From: a virus
Length of the DNA stretch: 64,000 nt
Direction: 5' to 3' (one strand)
IMG/VR virus record: IMGVR_UViG_3300046535_002009
Location: 46,061-110,060 of that record
The translations under genes and the position numbers were made by a program. Below, piece by piece: positions 1 through 8,543 of this stretch. The notes beneath the pieces were generated by a model. It was not told the DNA's origin and made no database searches. It saw nothing but the letters and a program-made list of their open reading frames with translations. The number at the start of each line of letters is the position of its first letter. Position 1 is the stretch's first letter.

Positions 1-164
1 GGTCATGGTGGGCAGCGGAACCGGCACCGGTCTTCATCGCCGAGCCGGGCAGCTGGCTCGCCCGGACGATCCCCACCCTGCCCACGCTCGCACCGGCGCC
101 GCCCTGCGGCGTCGGCCACTCGCTGGCACCGCACCAGTCCGCCCCGGCCTGAGAAGGACCAGTC

Positions 165-428
165 ATGCCCACCACACCCGGGCCTGCGCAGGCCTCCCCC
201 CGCTGCGACTACTCCGACCTCCCCGTCGACAGCTGCGCCCACTGCCGCGGCAACCGGCTATTCCCCGAGGTCCGGCGCGTCCGCACCGGCGTCGTCGGCC
301 GACCCATCACTGCCCGCTTCCCGGGCCGCTGCGCCTGCGGCGAGGCCTACCCGCCCGGCACCACCATCCGATCGCTCGACGGCTCCTGGGTCGCCGACTG
401 CTGCGCGACCGAGGCGGACGAGACGTGA
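165..428 (+). CDS. Small Cys-rich hypothetical protein
   Basis: CAHC/CACG/CC motifs; GTGA coupling to the next gene. Confidence 0.6.
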   Translation: MPTTPGPAQASPRCDYSDLPVDSCAHCRGNRLFPEVRRVRTGVVGRPITARFPGRCACGEAYPPGTTIRSLDGSWVADCCATEADET

Positions 429-769
429 CCGCTTCCCACAACTACGGCCCTGGCTTCCGCGGTTGGGGACACGACTATGCCATCACCGAGGTGATCGACG
501 GCGGCCGCCAGCTGCGGGCCTGCGGCTGGGGCCCGCTCGGCGGCTCCCGGATCGCGGAGGGCGACTTCATTCTGCTGCAGGCCGGTACGACGGACACCCG
601 GTACCAGGTCGTCAGCGTCGAGTACGTCACCGACCCGGCGGACATGTGGTTCGCCGTCCTGAAGTTCGCACCCCGCTCCGGCCCGGCCGAGCCCTCGACC
701 GCCAGCTCGGCACTCGCCACCTCAGCCGTTCACCCCAGCCCAACATCGCAGCCAAGGAGTACCCCATGA
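425..769 (+). CDS. Hypothetical phage protein
   Basis: GTG start overlaps upstream stop; globular sequence WGHDYAITEV...DMWFA. Confidence 0.65.
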   Translation: MTASHNYGPGFRGWGHDYAITEVIDGGRQLRACGWGPLGGSRIAEGDFILLQAGTTDTRYQVVSVEYVTDPADMWFAVLKFAPRSGPAEPSTASSALATSAVHPSPTSQPRSTP

Positions 770-1059
770 GCGCCGCAACCACCGTCCTTCCCCAGCACGA
801 TGAGCTCCTCAGCCGTCTCACCGCGGTCGACAGCGAACCGCACATGGTGGAGCGGTTCTACCCGCACATCCTCACGTCTGCCGGACAGGAGAAGACCGGC
901 CTCGGCGTCGCGCTGGCGCTCACCCTTGCCGCCTCCGACTACACCGACGGCATGCCGCCGGTCCTGGCCCGTGTCGTCCTGCTCCGGCTGCCAAGTTTCG
1001 TGCGCGCCATCGTTGACGACCCCCAGGTCCAGGCCGAGGCCCTCGCTGGCCTTCGGTAG
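766..1059 (+). CDS. Hypothetical protein
   Basis: AAGGAG RBS, ATGA overlap. Confidence 0.7.
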   Translation: MSAATTVLPQHDELLSRLTAVDSEPHMVERFYPHILTSAGQEKTGLGVALALTLAASDYTDGMPPVLARVVLLRLPSFVRAIVDDPQVQAEALAGLR

Positions 1060-1120
1060 GTGCGACCTTCAGAAACACGACAGCCCAACCCGCGAGTAAC
1101 AACCAGTGGAGGAATTGATC

Positions 1121-1720
1121 ATGCACGACATTGCCGACCCCAACCGCCACCCCCACGCCGCACTGCTGCTCCTTGCCGAAGCCATGGGACCCGCCAGCCC
1201 GAGCGGCGCAATCGAGGCCCAGGAGAGGCGCGGCCAGCAGGACCTGGTCCGGTCCGAGCTCCTGCCCTCCGACCTGCGCGGGACAGAAGCCGCGTTCGAG
1301 GAGCTCGGCTTCATCCTCGGCGACGTCCAGGCCGACGACCCGCTGTTCCGCCAGGTGACCCTTCCGGCCGGCTGGGCCCGGGAAGCATCGGACCACGCTA
1401 TGTGGTCGTACATCATCGACCCGCTCGGTCGGCGCCGGGTCTCGATCTTCTACAAGGCCGTGTACTACGACCGGAGCGCGCACGCCGCGGTCGTCACGCT
1501 GCACAGCTACCTGACCAGCTGTGCGTGGGACAACCGCCTGCCGGTCCTGGACGACGCCTGGGCCACGCCCGCCGAGGTGCTCCAGATCGCCGAGGCTGGG
1601 CAGGAGGAGCAGGCTGCGGAAGCCGCACGCTGGTCAAAGCAGGGTGCGAAGGACCTCGCGCAGGAGGCCGCGGCGCGCTCCGCCACATACTCGCGGATCG
1701 CCGACACGGCACGCCAGTGA
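1121..1720 (+). CDS. Conserved phage hypothetical protein (LPAGW...SDHAMWS...IFYKA)
   Basis: GGAGG RBS; typical codon bias. Confidence 0.8.
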   Translation: MHDIADPNRHPHAALLLLAEAMGPASPSGAIEAQERRGQQDLVRSELLPSDLRGTEAAFEELGFILGDVQADDPLFRQVTLPAGWAREASDHAMWSYIIDPLGRRRVSIFYKAVYYDRSAHAAVVTLHSYLTSCAWDNRLPVLDDAWATPAEVLQIAEAGQEEQAAEAARWSKQGAKDLAQEAAARSATYSRIADTARQ

Positions 1721-2424
1721 GCACGGACGACGCCGCGCAGGAACTCGCCACGCTGCGCCGTCGCTTGGAGGTGATGGCCGCAGCCTGGGAGGAGCAGCTC
1801 CCTGAGACCGTCCAGACGGCGACGGTGGTCGAGGCGCTGCGCCTCACCGTCGCTCGCCCGGCCAGCCGCTCCGGTCTGGTTGCCGAGCAGCGAGTGCGCG
1901 CGTACCTCGCCGAGTTCCCGGACACCGCCAACCTCGGCCCCGAGATCGCATACGGCCCAGCCTGGAACACACCGGGCTGGCCCCACGACTTCTACCCACT
2001 GACCCGGGCAGACGTCGATGCCGTCCTGGCCGAGCTGGCCTCCACCCGCGCGGAGGCGGAGGTGCTGTACGAGGCCCGCTTGAACGAGCCCGTCCTTCGG
2101 CACTGCGTCTACCCGGGATGCCTCGCCGAGTTCGACATGGCCGCGGCCCTGGCTGGCCGGCCGACACGGCCCTCGTGGTCCGGGGATGGCTGGCTGACCG
2201 TCGGGCACCTCTTCGCGCACGTCTGCCCTGAGCACGCGCCGCTGCTCCGTACCGGCGACGGCCCAGGACCGCACCTGCCTCAGTGGGAGCGGGGCGAGGA
2301 GACCCGGCTCGTGTGCGCCTGCGCCTGGCGGTCCGGGCCCGTCCGGTGGCGTGGGTTCGGCATCGAGGCGTGGAAGGACCATCTCCTGGCGGTCGAACAG
2401 GGAGCAGCGCCGTGGCCGAGCTGA
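1717..2424 (+). CDS. Hypothetical protein with Cys/His-rich C-terminal half
   Basis: GTGA coupling; HCVYPGC, HVCPEH, CACAW motifs. Confidence 0.7.
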   Translation: MSTDDAAQELATLRRRLEVMAAAWEEQLPETVQTATVVEALRLTVARPASRSGLVAEQRVRAYLAEFPDTANLGPEIAYGPAWNTPGWPHDFYPLTRADVDAVLAELASTRAEAEVLYEARLNEPVLRHCVYPGCLAEFDMAAALAGRPTRPSWSGDGWLTVGHLFAHVCPEHAPLLRTGDGPGPHLPQWERGEETRLVCACAWRSGPVRWRGFGIEAWKDHLLAVEQGAAPWPS

Positions 2425-2618
2425 TCACCTGGTGCCGGATCATGCGCACCGGTCCGGCGTGCGCGGTCCCGTGCGACGACTGCCGGGCCACCAGCCGCCG
2501 CCTGGCCCTCGCCCAGCAGGCCGGCACCGTGAAGCCCTGGACTCTCGCGGACGCGATCGCCGAGCTCGACGGCACCGACCCTCGCCCCACCACCGACACC
2601 ACCGAAGGTGCGCCGTGA
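2412..2618 (+). CDS. Small hypothetical protein
   Basis: GGAG RBS, CxxC motif, coupled to the next gene. Confidence 0.5.
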   Translation: MAELITWCRIMRTGPACAVPCDDCRATSRRLALAQQAGTVKPWTLADAIAELDGTDPRPTTDTTEGAP

Positions 2619-2878
2619 CCATCCGCATGACCAAGCTGACCTGGCGAGTCCTGGCCGCGATCCACGCCCGGCCGGAGCCGACCTACGGCGGCGAGCTACG
2701 GGAGGAGACAGGCATCCAGTCCGGCACCCTGTACCCGCTCCTGGTCCGGCTGGAGGGAGCCGGCCTGCTGACCTCCCGGTGGGAGGAGCCCGCGGAGTAC
2801 GAGGCCTTCAGCCGGCCCCGCCGCCGCTACTACGCCCTCACCGAGGCTGGCCGGGCGGCCGCCGGGACGAAGGCCTGA
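2615..2878 (+). CDS. PadR-family transcriptional regulator
   Basis: GTLYPLLVRLEGAGLL...RPRRRYYALTEAG wHTH signature. Confidence 0.9.
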   Translation: MTIRMTKLTWRVLAAIHARPEPTYGGELREETGIQSGTLYPLLVRLEGAGLLTSRWEEPAEYEAFSRPRRRYYALTEAGRAAAGTKA

Positions 2879-3288
2879 TGTCGACGGGCCCGGTCGTGGC
2901 CTCTGGTGACGAACAGCTGCCCCTTGCGGACCCTCCCCGGCCGGCCGGGGCGGCGCGGCGAGTGGAGTGCCGCCGCTGCCACCGGGCACTGACCGACCCG
3001 GACTCCCGGCTGCGCCGCATCGGCCCGGACTGCGAGCACCTGATCGCGGCCGCGCGTCGGCACGACATCGACCAGGACCCGCTACCCGGGCTGGAGTGGC
3101 GCGATAGCCGGGACGCTTCATGCCCCCTGAGCTCTCTTGCCGCCCCTGAGGACCAGCTGTACAACGCCATGCTGGCCTGGGACGGGTCAGCGGCATTCAC
3201 AGAGACCTCCACCCGGGCCTCCCCGCCCTCCCGGAAGAGAGCGGGGCTCGCACTCAACGACTGGTCACTCGAAAGACTCGCTGGCTGA
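2878..3288 (+). CDS. DUF6011-like zinc-ribbon protein with C-terminal extension
   Basis: CRRCHRALTDPDSRLRRIGPDC motif. Confidence 0.7.
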   Translation: MSTGPVVASGDEQLPLADPPRPAGAARRVECRRCHRALTDPDSRLRRIGPDCEHLIAAARRHDIDQDPLPGLEWRDSRDASCPLSSLAAPEDQLYNAMLAWDGSAAFTETSTRASPPSRKRAGLALNDWSLERLAG

Positions 3289-3655
3289 TGTTTGCCTCGA
3301 CGAGAGTCGTCTCCCCCACCTGCGTCCAGTTCCGCCAATATGCCGCGCCGCCATGGTTCTCGCCCATGCACTGGCAGTCGCAGTCGTCGCCTTCCGCGTC
3401 GCGGCAACGGATATCGCATCTGCTGTTCGTCCGAAAGTCGATCGCCACCTCGACCACCCCGAAGCGATCTGCCAGGGCCTCGACTGTCGCGCGCATGTGC
3501 TGGCGCGAGATCTCCCAGCATTTCTCCGCCCCGTTCCAGTCCGGCCGCACCAGGCTGCCGAGGGTGCGGTGGATGAAGGCTCGGTTACCCACGGCGTACG
3601 GCATGCGGACCCGGATCCGCCCGGTGCCGACCGGCCGGTAAACCGTGGCAATCAC
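3254..3655 (-). CDS. Hypothetical protein with Cys-rich metal-binding motif (third gene of helicase operon)
   Basis: CDIRCRDAEGDDCDCQCMGENHG; 1-nt overlap with the upstream gene. Confidence 0.75.
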   Translation of the reverse strand: MIATVYRPVGTGRIRVRMPYAVGNRAFIHRTLGSLVRPDWNGAEKCWEISRQHMRATVEALADRFGVVEVAIDFRTNSRCDIRCRDAEGDDCDCQCMGENHGGAAYWRNWTQVGETTLVEANISQRVFRVTSR

Positions 3656-4239
3656 TAGGCCTCCTCGCTGAGAATGCGTACGAGGTCGACAATGGCCGCG
3701 CTAGACAGGTGCTTCCGCAGGACGCGCGCCGTGGCGTCAGTGTCCTCCACCGGCACGCTGACTGCTCGCCTCCGGAAGCCCGCCTGCACCATGGCGGCGT
3801 GCGCGGACAGGTGCCCCGCGAGGACCTCGGCATGCAGCTCGGGGGCGTCCTTGCGGAGGCGGCGAAGGGCCGAGGTCTGAGAGTTCCCGTCCGGCTGGGC
3901 AAGGTTGACATTGTCACCCTTGCTTCGGTCGCCCCCGTGCGGAGCCTGAAGGGCCTGGTCGAGCAGGTCGAGCGCCACCGGATCGTCCGCGACCACCCGC
4001 TGGACGAGCGCCACCGACGCCCCGAGCCCCTTCAGCGGCGGCGTGGTCACAAAGTCGGCGAAGCTCGCGTGCTCCACCAACTCGCCCCGCACGGTGACGA
4101 AGGACCGCCAGGACCCATCAGCGAGCAGCCGGCGCAGGAGCTCCGGAGCGTTCTCCAGCCCGCTCCCGCCCCGCTCCAGCGCAGAGGACAGCGCCTCAAC
4201 GAGGGTTCCCCGTGCGCGCCCCTCCTCCCGCGCGGTCAC
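3655..4239 (-). CDS. Hypothetical protein with HGGDRS motif and helical C-terminal domain (second gene of helicase operon)
   Basis: GTGA coupling to the helicase stop; ALRRLRKDAPELHAEVLAG...AGFR. Confidence 0.8.
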   Translation of the reverse strand: MTAREEGRARGTLVEALSSALERGGSGLENAPELLRRLLADGSWRSFVTVRGELVEHASFADFVTTPPLKGLGASVALVQRVVADDPVALDLLDQALQAPHGGDRSKGDNVNLAQPDGNSQTSALRRLRKDAPELHAEVLAGHLSAHAAMVQAGFRRRAVSVPVEDTDATARVLRKHLSSAAIVDLVRILSEEA

Positions 4240-6161
4240 TGAGCCTCCCGAAGCATCTGCTCCACGAATTCCAGTCCGCGCTGCAGCTGCTGGACGCTCG
4301 CGTCAGCGCGCTTCCGCACGCCCATGACCTGGTTCACCCGCCACTGCAGCTCCGGGTGCTCCAGCCCAAGCTTGAACACCGCGTGGCGCGAGCGCTTCGT
4401 CAGCTGGTCGGCCAAGGCCTTCCGCCTCTTGTGCAGGGGCTCGTCCGCGGCCCCGATCGCCACCCTGCTGCCCTGCGGCGGGATGGGCATCGGCACCGTG
4501 CCGACCTTGGTCAGCTCGCCGAGCTCCTCGCGGACGAGCTTGCGCATCGAGGCGAGCACGCTCGGCGGGAAGTCGTGCTTCTTAAGCAGTTCCTCCGCGC
4601 GCTCGTTCTCCTCCACGGTCCACTCGGTGCCGGCATGGATCGCGCCGTGGAACGTGGGCTGGGACGCGGCGAGGGGGATCCGGGCGAACAGGTCCAGCAT
4701 CTGTTGGCCGTTGCCGTCGCTCAGCTCGCGCTCGATCTCCTCCTCCTGGAGGTCGAGCTCGTGCCGGATCTCCTGCTCGATCTGCGCCGCCATGATCCGG
4801 AGGCCCGAGAGCGCTGGCGCGAACACCGTGGCGATCTGCTCGTCAGCCTTGCCTTGGCGCCGGACGAACCGGCCGACCGCCTGGCGGAAGAACATCTCCG
4901 TCTTCGTCTTCGTGGCGTACACCCCGAGGGCCAGGCGCGGGACGTCGACGCCTTCCGACACCATCCGGACAGCGACCAGCCAGCGCTGGCTGCCCTCGGA
5001 GAACCGGTCGATGCCGAGCTTCGCCTCGGGGCCGTCCTCGGAGAGCACCACGACGGGGTCCTCGCCGGTGATGTCCTTCAGTATCTTGGCGTAGGCCTTC
5101 GCCTGCGGGGCCCGGTAGGCGATGACCAGGCCGCCAGCCCGCGGCGCCTCCTCCCGCATCGCCGTGAGCGTGCTGTCCGCCTTCAGTAGCAGGCCCTTCA
5201 TCCAGCCCGTGGCCGGGTCCAGCGCGGTCTCCAGGACGGCGGACACGTCGCCGCGCTGCAGTTCGGCCGACAGGTTGGCGCTGGAGGTCACCGACCCGGA
5301 GTCCATCCACTTCATCTCGCCGTCGTAGAAGTGGAAGTCGACCTGGCGGCAGACGTCGTCCCGGATGGCCTGGCCATAGCTGTATGTGTAGTCAGCGATA
5401 GAGCGCGGCACTCCGTCGCTGTCCTTCTCATACCGCACGAAGGGGATCGGGTTGTTGTCCGACCGGAACGGCGTGCCGGACAGGGCCAGGCGGCGCGACG
5501 CCTCGGAGAAGGCGTGCTTGACCGCGGCACCCCACGCCTTCTCATCGCCGGCATGGTGGACCTCGTCGAGGATCACCAGGGTCTTCTGCTGGCAGCCGAG
5601 GCGGTGGAGGTCAGGCTGCGAGGCGACCTGGGCATAGGTGACGGCCGCGCCGCGGTAGTCCGCCGGGTTCTCCAGGCCGTCGCTGTTCTTCGTCGTGGGG
5701 TCGATCTCGAAGCCGCACTCGTGTGCGGCCGTCGCCCATTGCATCTTGAGGTGCTCGCTCGGCACGACGATGACGATGCGCCTGACCACCCCGCTGTCCA
5801 TCAAGTCGCTGGCTAGCCGGAGCGCGAACTTGGTCTTCCCGGCGCCCGGGGTGGCGACCACGAGGAAGTCCCTGGCATTGCGCGTGACATAGGTGGTCAG
5901 GGCAGCGCGCTGCCATTCGCGGGGGTCGGGGCCAGTCCATGCCATGTGCGTCGAGCCCTTCTTCAGGTTGCAGTCCGGGCAGAGCGCTTGCCCGTTGATC
6001 ACGTCAGTAGGGCCGCCGGCAGACCATGGGGTGATGTGGTCGCCGTGCCAGCCCGGGAGGAGCCGGGTCCCGCACTTCGTGCAGGTGCCACCCGAGGCGA
6101 GGTACATCGCCACGCGCTCGGAAGAGTTGAACCGGCGGCGGGTGGGGTCCGGAGTCACCAC
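4236..6161 (-). CDS. HNH endonuclease fused to SF2 DEAD/DEAH-box (type III Res-like) helicase
   Basis: N-terminal CTKC..DHITPWSAGG..N..ALCPDCN HNH; Walker A ATPGAGKT, DEVHH, SGTP, MVSEGVDVP, QAVGRFVR. Confidence 0.92.
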   Translation of the reverse strand: MVTPDPTRRRFNSSERVAMYLASGGTCTKCGTRLLPGWHGDHITPWSAGGPTDVINGQALCPDCNLKKGSTHMAWTGPDPREWQRAALTTYVTRNARDFLVVATPGAGKTKFALRLASDLMDSGVVRRIVIVVPSEHLKMQWATAAHECGFEIDPTTKNSDGLENPADYRGAAVTYAQVASQPDLHRLGCQQKTLVILDEVHHAGDEKAWGAAVKHAFSEASRRLALSGTPFRSDNNPIPFVRYEKDSDGVPRSIADYTYSYGQAIRDDVCRQVDFHFYDGEMKWMDSGSVTSSANLSAELQRGDVSAVLETALDPATGWMKGLLLKADSTLTAMREEAPRAGGLVIAYRAPQAKAYAKILKDITGEDPVVVLSEDGPEAKLGIDRFSEGSQRWLVAVRMVSEGVDVPRLALGVYATKTKTEMFFRQAVGRFVRRQGKADEQIATVFAPALSGLRIMAAQIEQEIRHELDLQEEEIERELSDGNGQQMLDLFARIPLAASQPTFHGAIHAGTEWTVEENERAEELLKKHDFPPSVLASMRKLVREELGELTKVGTVPMPIPPQGSRVAIGAADEPLHKRRKALADQLTKRSRHAVFKLGLEHPELQWRVNQVMGVRKRADASVQQLQRGLEFVEQMLREAQ

Positions 6162-6208
6162 GCGGTGGCGGTCGGCTGGCGGAGGGCGTTAGGTTGGGCC
6201 TGAGCCAT
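6155..6208 (-). CDS. Putative 17-aa leader peptide MAQAQPNALRQPTATAW
   Basis: GAGGAG RBS upstream; TGA overlaps the helicase GTG. Confidence 0.35.
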   Translation of the reverse strand: MAQAQPNALRQPTATAW

Positions 6209-6436
6209 GGGAGATCGCACTCCTCTGGTCGGCGCCCTCGGCGGGGATCGCGAGTTCCCGCCCGAGGGCATCACTGTGCCTGCACTGGTTCGCAGATGAA
6301 CCAGACAGAGAAACATTACTCCGAGTGGACGACAATCTGACTAGTTGTCACTCTGTGCCACATGCGCACTTGAGCGACTGAAGTGGTCGGCACTGAGTGT
6401 CGTATCGGGAAGTGATGCGGCGACACCCCGTATCCA

Positions 6437-6979
6437 TCAGGCGATGGCCTTCTCGTAGACCTTCGCCTGGTCTGGCGTCAGCAGATGGGAGACGCGGACG
6501 ACGACCGCGCCATGCTGGTAGATGTAGTCCGGCCTGATGAGCCCGCCGAGGGCCTGCTGCGCCCCGTCGACGTACTTGACCCAGACGGTGGCGTCGTCCG
6601 CGTTGGGGAAGACCTCGACGGTACCGCCGTAGGAGATGCTGTCACGCCGGTCCTTGGTGGCGTCCTCCTTGGCCTGGGGGCTGTCGGCGACGCGGGTGTC
6701 GTCGAACGCGGTCTTGCTCAGGTACTGGTGCGGGCGGCCGAGCCGGCCATTGGGGTCGCTGGTCGCGTCATAGGTGATGGTGAGCTTGACCGGCAGGCCC
6801 TTGGTGGTGAGCTGCCGGGTGATGCCGGCGGCGTCGGTGGCCTTGGCCGGCGGGGCCGGCGCGGGTGCTGCGCTGCTCTTGGCGGCGGCCGGCGTGCCGG
6901 TGCCCGCGGACATGGTGGTGCAGGCGGTGGAGGCTGCGAGGACGGCGGCGGCGAGGGTGAGGGTGGTGCGGACGCGCAT
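6437..6979 (-). CDS. Lipoprotein
   Basis: GGGGAG RBS, signal peptide with lipobox-like STAC, Ala/Pro linker, globular domain. Confidence 0.8.
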   Translation of the reverse strand: MRVRTTLTLAAAVLAASTACTTMSAGTGTPAAAKSSAAPAPAPPAKATDAAGITRQLTTKGLPVKLTITYDATSDPNGRLGRPHQYLSKTAFDDTRVADSPQAKEDATKDRRDSISYGGTVEVFPNADDATVWVKYVDGAQQALGGLIRPDYIYQHGAVVVRVSHLLTPDQAKVYEKAIA

Positions 6980-7074
6980 GGTCTCCCCTGAGTGGTTGTG
7001 AGGCGCCGACCGTATCGGTGTCGTCACACAGCGCGCACAGGCGTTGCCGAGTCGTGACCGCTGATGGTGGGCGT

Positions 7075-7782
7075 TCAGTACGCTGCGGCCCGCACGCCGT
7101 CCGGGATGCCGGCGGCGAGGATCCCGCCGTCGACCGCGGTGACGGTGCCGCGCTCGTCCGGGAGGAGAACCTCCAGCGTTCGGCCGGCACCCGGTGCTCC
7201 GCGGCCGGACGCCCGGATGTGGACCCGGCGGGACATGAGCTGGCCGTGGCCGTCGCCGAGCCCGGTGCACTCGCGGGCGGCCACGTCGAGCTGCAGGTGC
7301 GCGCCGGGCCAGGGGCCGGGGGTGAGGAGCACGGTGCCGTGCTGGCGCAGCCGGGCGCCGAGGCGGCTGGCCGTGGCCGGCGAGGGGCCGACCGGGCCCA
7401 GGAGGAGGATCTCGACCGCGGGGAGCAGCCCGGCGCAGACGTCGGGCCACTGGTCGCCAGGGGTGTCGGCGAGCAGGAGCCGGTCGAGGTCGATGCCGTA
7501 GCCGGCGGCCGCGGCCAGGCCGAGGTCGGGGAGGGCGACAGCGGCGGTCCAGACGTCGGGCCGGTGGACGGCGGGTCCGGCCGCGAGGGCGAGGAGCAGG
7601 CCGGGGTCGCGGACGACGGCGACAGTGCCGCGCTGGAGGCCGCCGTGCGGGAGGAGGGTCGCGAGTTCCGGCTGGACGGGCAGGGTCTGTGCGGCCTCGG
7701 CCCGGGCGCGGGCGGCCGGGGAGGTGGCTTCGAGGAGGTCGGTGAGGGCGGGGCGCTCGCGCGGCTCGGCGGGGGCGGTCAT
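7075..7782 (-). CDS. imuA: ImuA'-like (Rv3395c-type) RecA-fold protein
   Basis: LPVQPELATLLPHGGLQRGT, LPDLGLAAAAGYGIDLDRL, GLGDGHGQL...V..SGRG resemble actinobacterial ImuA'. Confidence 0.78.
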   Translation of the reverse strand: MTAPAEPRERPALTDLLEATSPAARARAEAAQTLPVQPELATLLPHGGLQRGTVAVVRDPGLLLALAAGPAVHRPDVWTAAVALPDLGLAAAAGYGIDLDRLLLADTPGDQWPDVCAGLLPAVEILLLGPVGPSPATASRLGARLRQHGTVLLTPGPWPGAHLQLDVAARECTGLGDGHGQLMSRRVHIRASGRGAPGAGRTLEVLLPDERGTVTAVDGGILAAGIPDGVRAAAY

Positions 7783-8129
7783 CGCTCGGCCCGGGCGTGG
7801 ACGGCGCCGGGGTCGGAGACCTGTGGCTGGACGGGCTGGAGGGCGACGCCCTTGTGGTGGACCCAGACCGGGTCGTCGTCGGGGCCGGTCTGGAGGCGGG
7901 CGGCCCAGTAGCCGGGCCCGAGCTGGCGCCAGCCGGTGAGGACGGTGGGGTGCCAGGTGCCGCCGCGGCGGACCCAAACGGCGAGGAGGTCATCGACGAT
8001 GTCGGAGTCGGCGGTGGCGAGTTCGGCTTCGGTGAGGGGCACGATGTCGCGCCAGTCCCGCGCCACGGCGTTGGTGGCGAACGGGCTGGGTGGGCGTGCG
8101 GGTCTCACGTGCTCAGGATGCAGCACCAT
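7779..8129 (-). CDS. Hypothetical protein coupled to imuA'
   Basis: ATGA overlap; SOS-like boxes directly upstream. Confidence 0.65.
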   Translation of the reverse strand: MVLHPEHVRPARPPSPFATNAVARDWRDIVPLTEAELATADSDIVDDLLAVWVRRGGTWHPTVLTGWRQLGPGYWAARLQTGPDDDPVWVHHKGVALQPVQPQVSDPGAVHARAER

Positions 8130-8138
8130 CGTTCGAAT

Positions 8139-8166
8139 TCGCAAACACGTTCGAATGACTATTCGG
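8139..8166. promoter_or_regulatory. Overlapping putative LexA (SOS) boxes
   Basis: TCGCAAACACGTTCGA (8139-8154) and TCGAATGACTATTCGG (8151-8166) vs actinobacterial consensus TCGAAC-N4-GTTCGA. Confidence 0.6.
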
Positions 8167-8365
8167 GGGTGTCGCCGACCCGGCGCCCCGGCGCCAGCTG
8201 CATGAAGAAGGCGAGCGCGTCGGGCGCGGCGGCGTGCATCGCCTGCTCCTCGGCCTCGGACTCACGCGGCCGGTCGTAGCACGGCCATGAGCACGACCCG
8301 TACGGAGTCCAGGGCACGGTCTGCCCGCATCCGTCGCAGGTCATCAGCGGAATCTCAAGGGCCAT
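8159..8365 (-). CDS. Small zinc-binding hypothetical protein
   Basis: GAGGGG RBS; CDGC...CSWPC. Confidence 0.55.
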   Translation of the reverse strand: MALEIPLMTCDGCGQTVPWTPYGSCSWPCYDRPRESEAEEQAMHAAAPDALAFFMQLAPGRRVGDTPE

Positions 8366-8543
8366 GTCGACCATCCCCTCGCACGGGTCGCCCTGCCACC
8401 GTACGCCCGCAACCCGCGGCGCAGCCCGGGCCGCCGCCAACCCCTCGTGTGACAAATCGTCATCGGATCTCCGGTTCCGCGCAGGGTGACAGTGCCGACG
8501 CGTACGGTGCCGGGCAGCAGACCCACGTCCCCGGGGGGACCGC

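Noticed and set aside
3655-4239. ParB partition protein (GGDR motif)
   Set aside because: No ParB/Srx N-terminal domain (GxRR) and no ParA nearby.
4236-6161. Type III restriction-modification Res subunit
   Set aside because: No Mod methyltransferase, and the nuclease is an N-terminal HNH rather than a C-terminal PD-(D/E)XK.
6437-7993. 518-aa ORF appearing to extend the lipoprotein
   Set aside because: The N-terminal part is an Arg/Pro-rich off-frame read of imuA'; the real start with RBS and signal peptide is at 6979.
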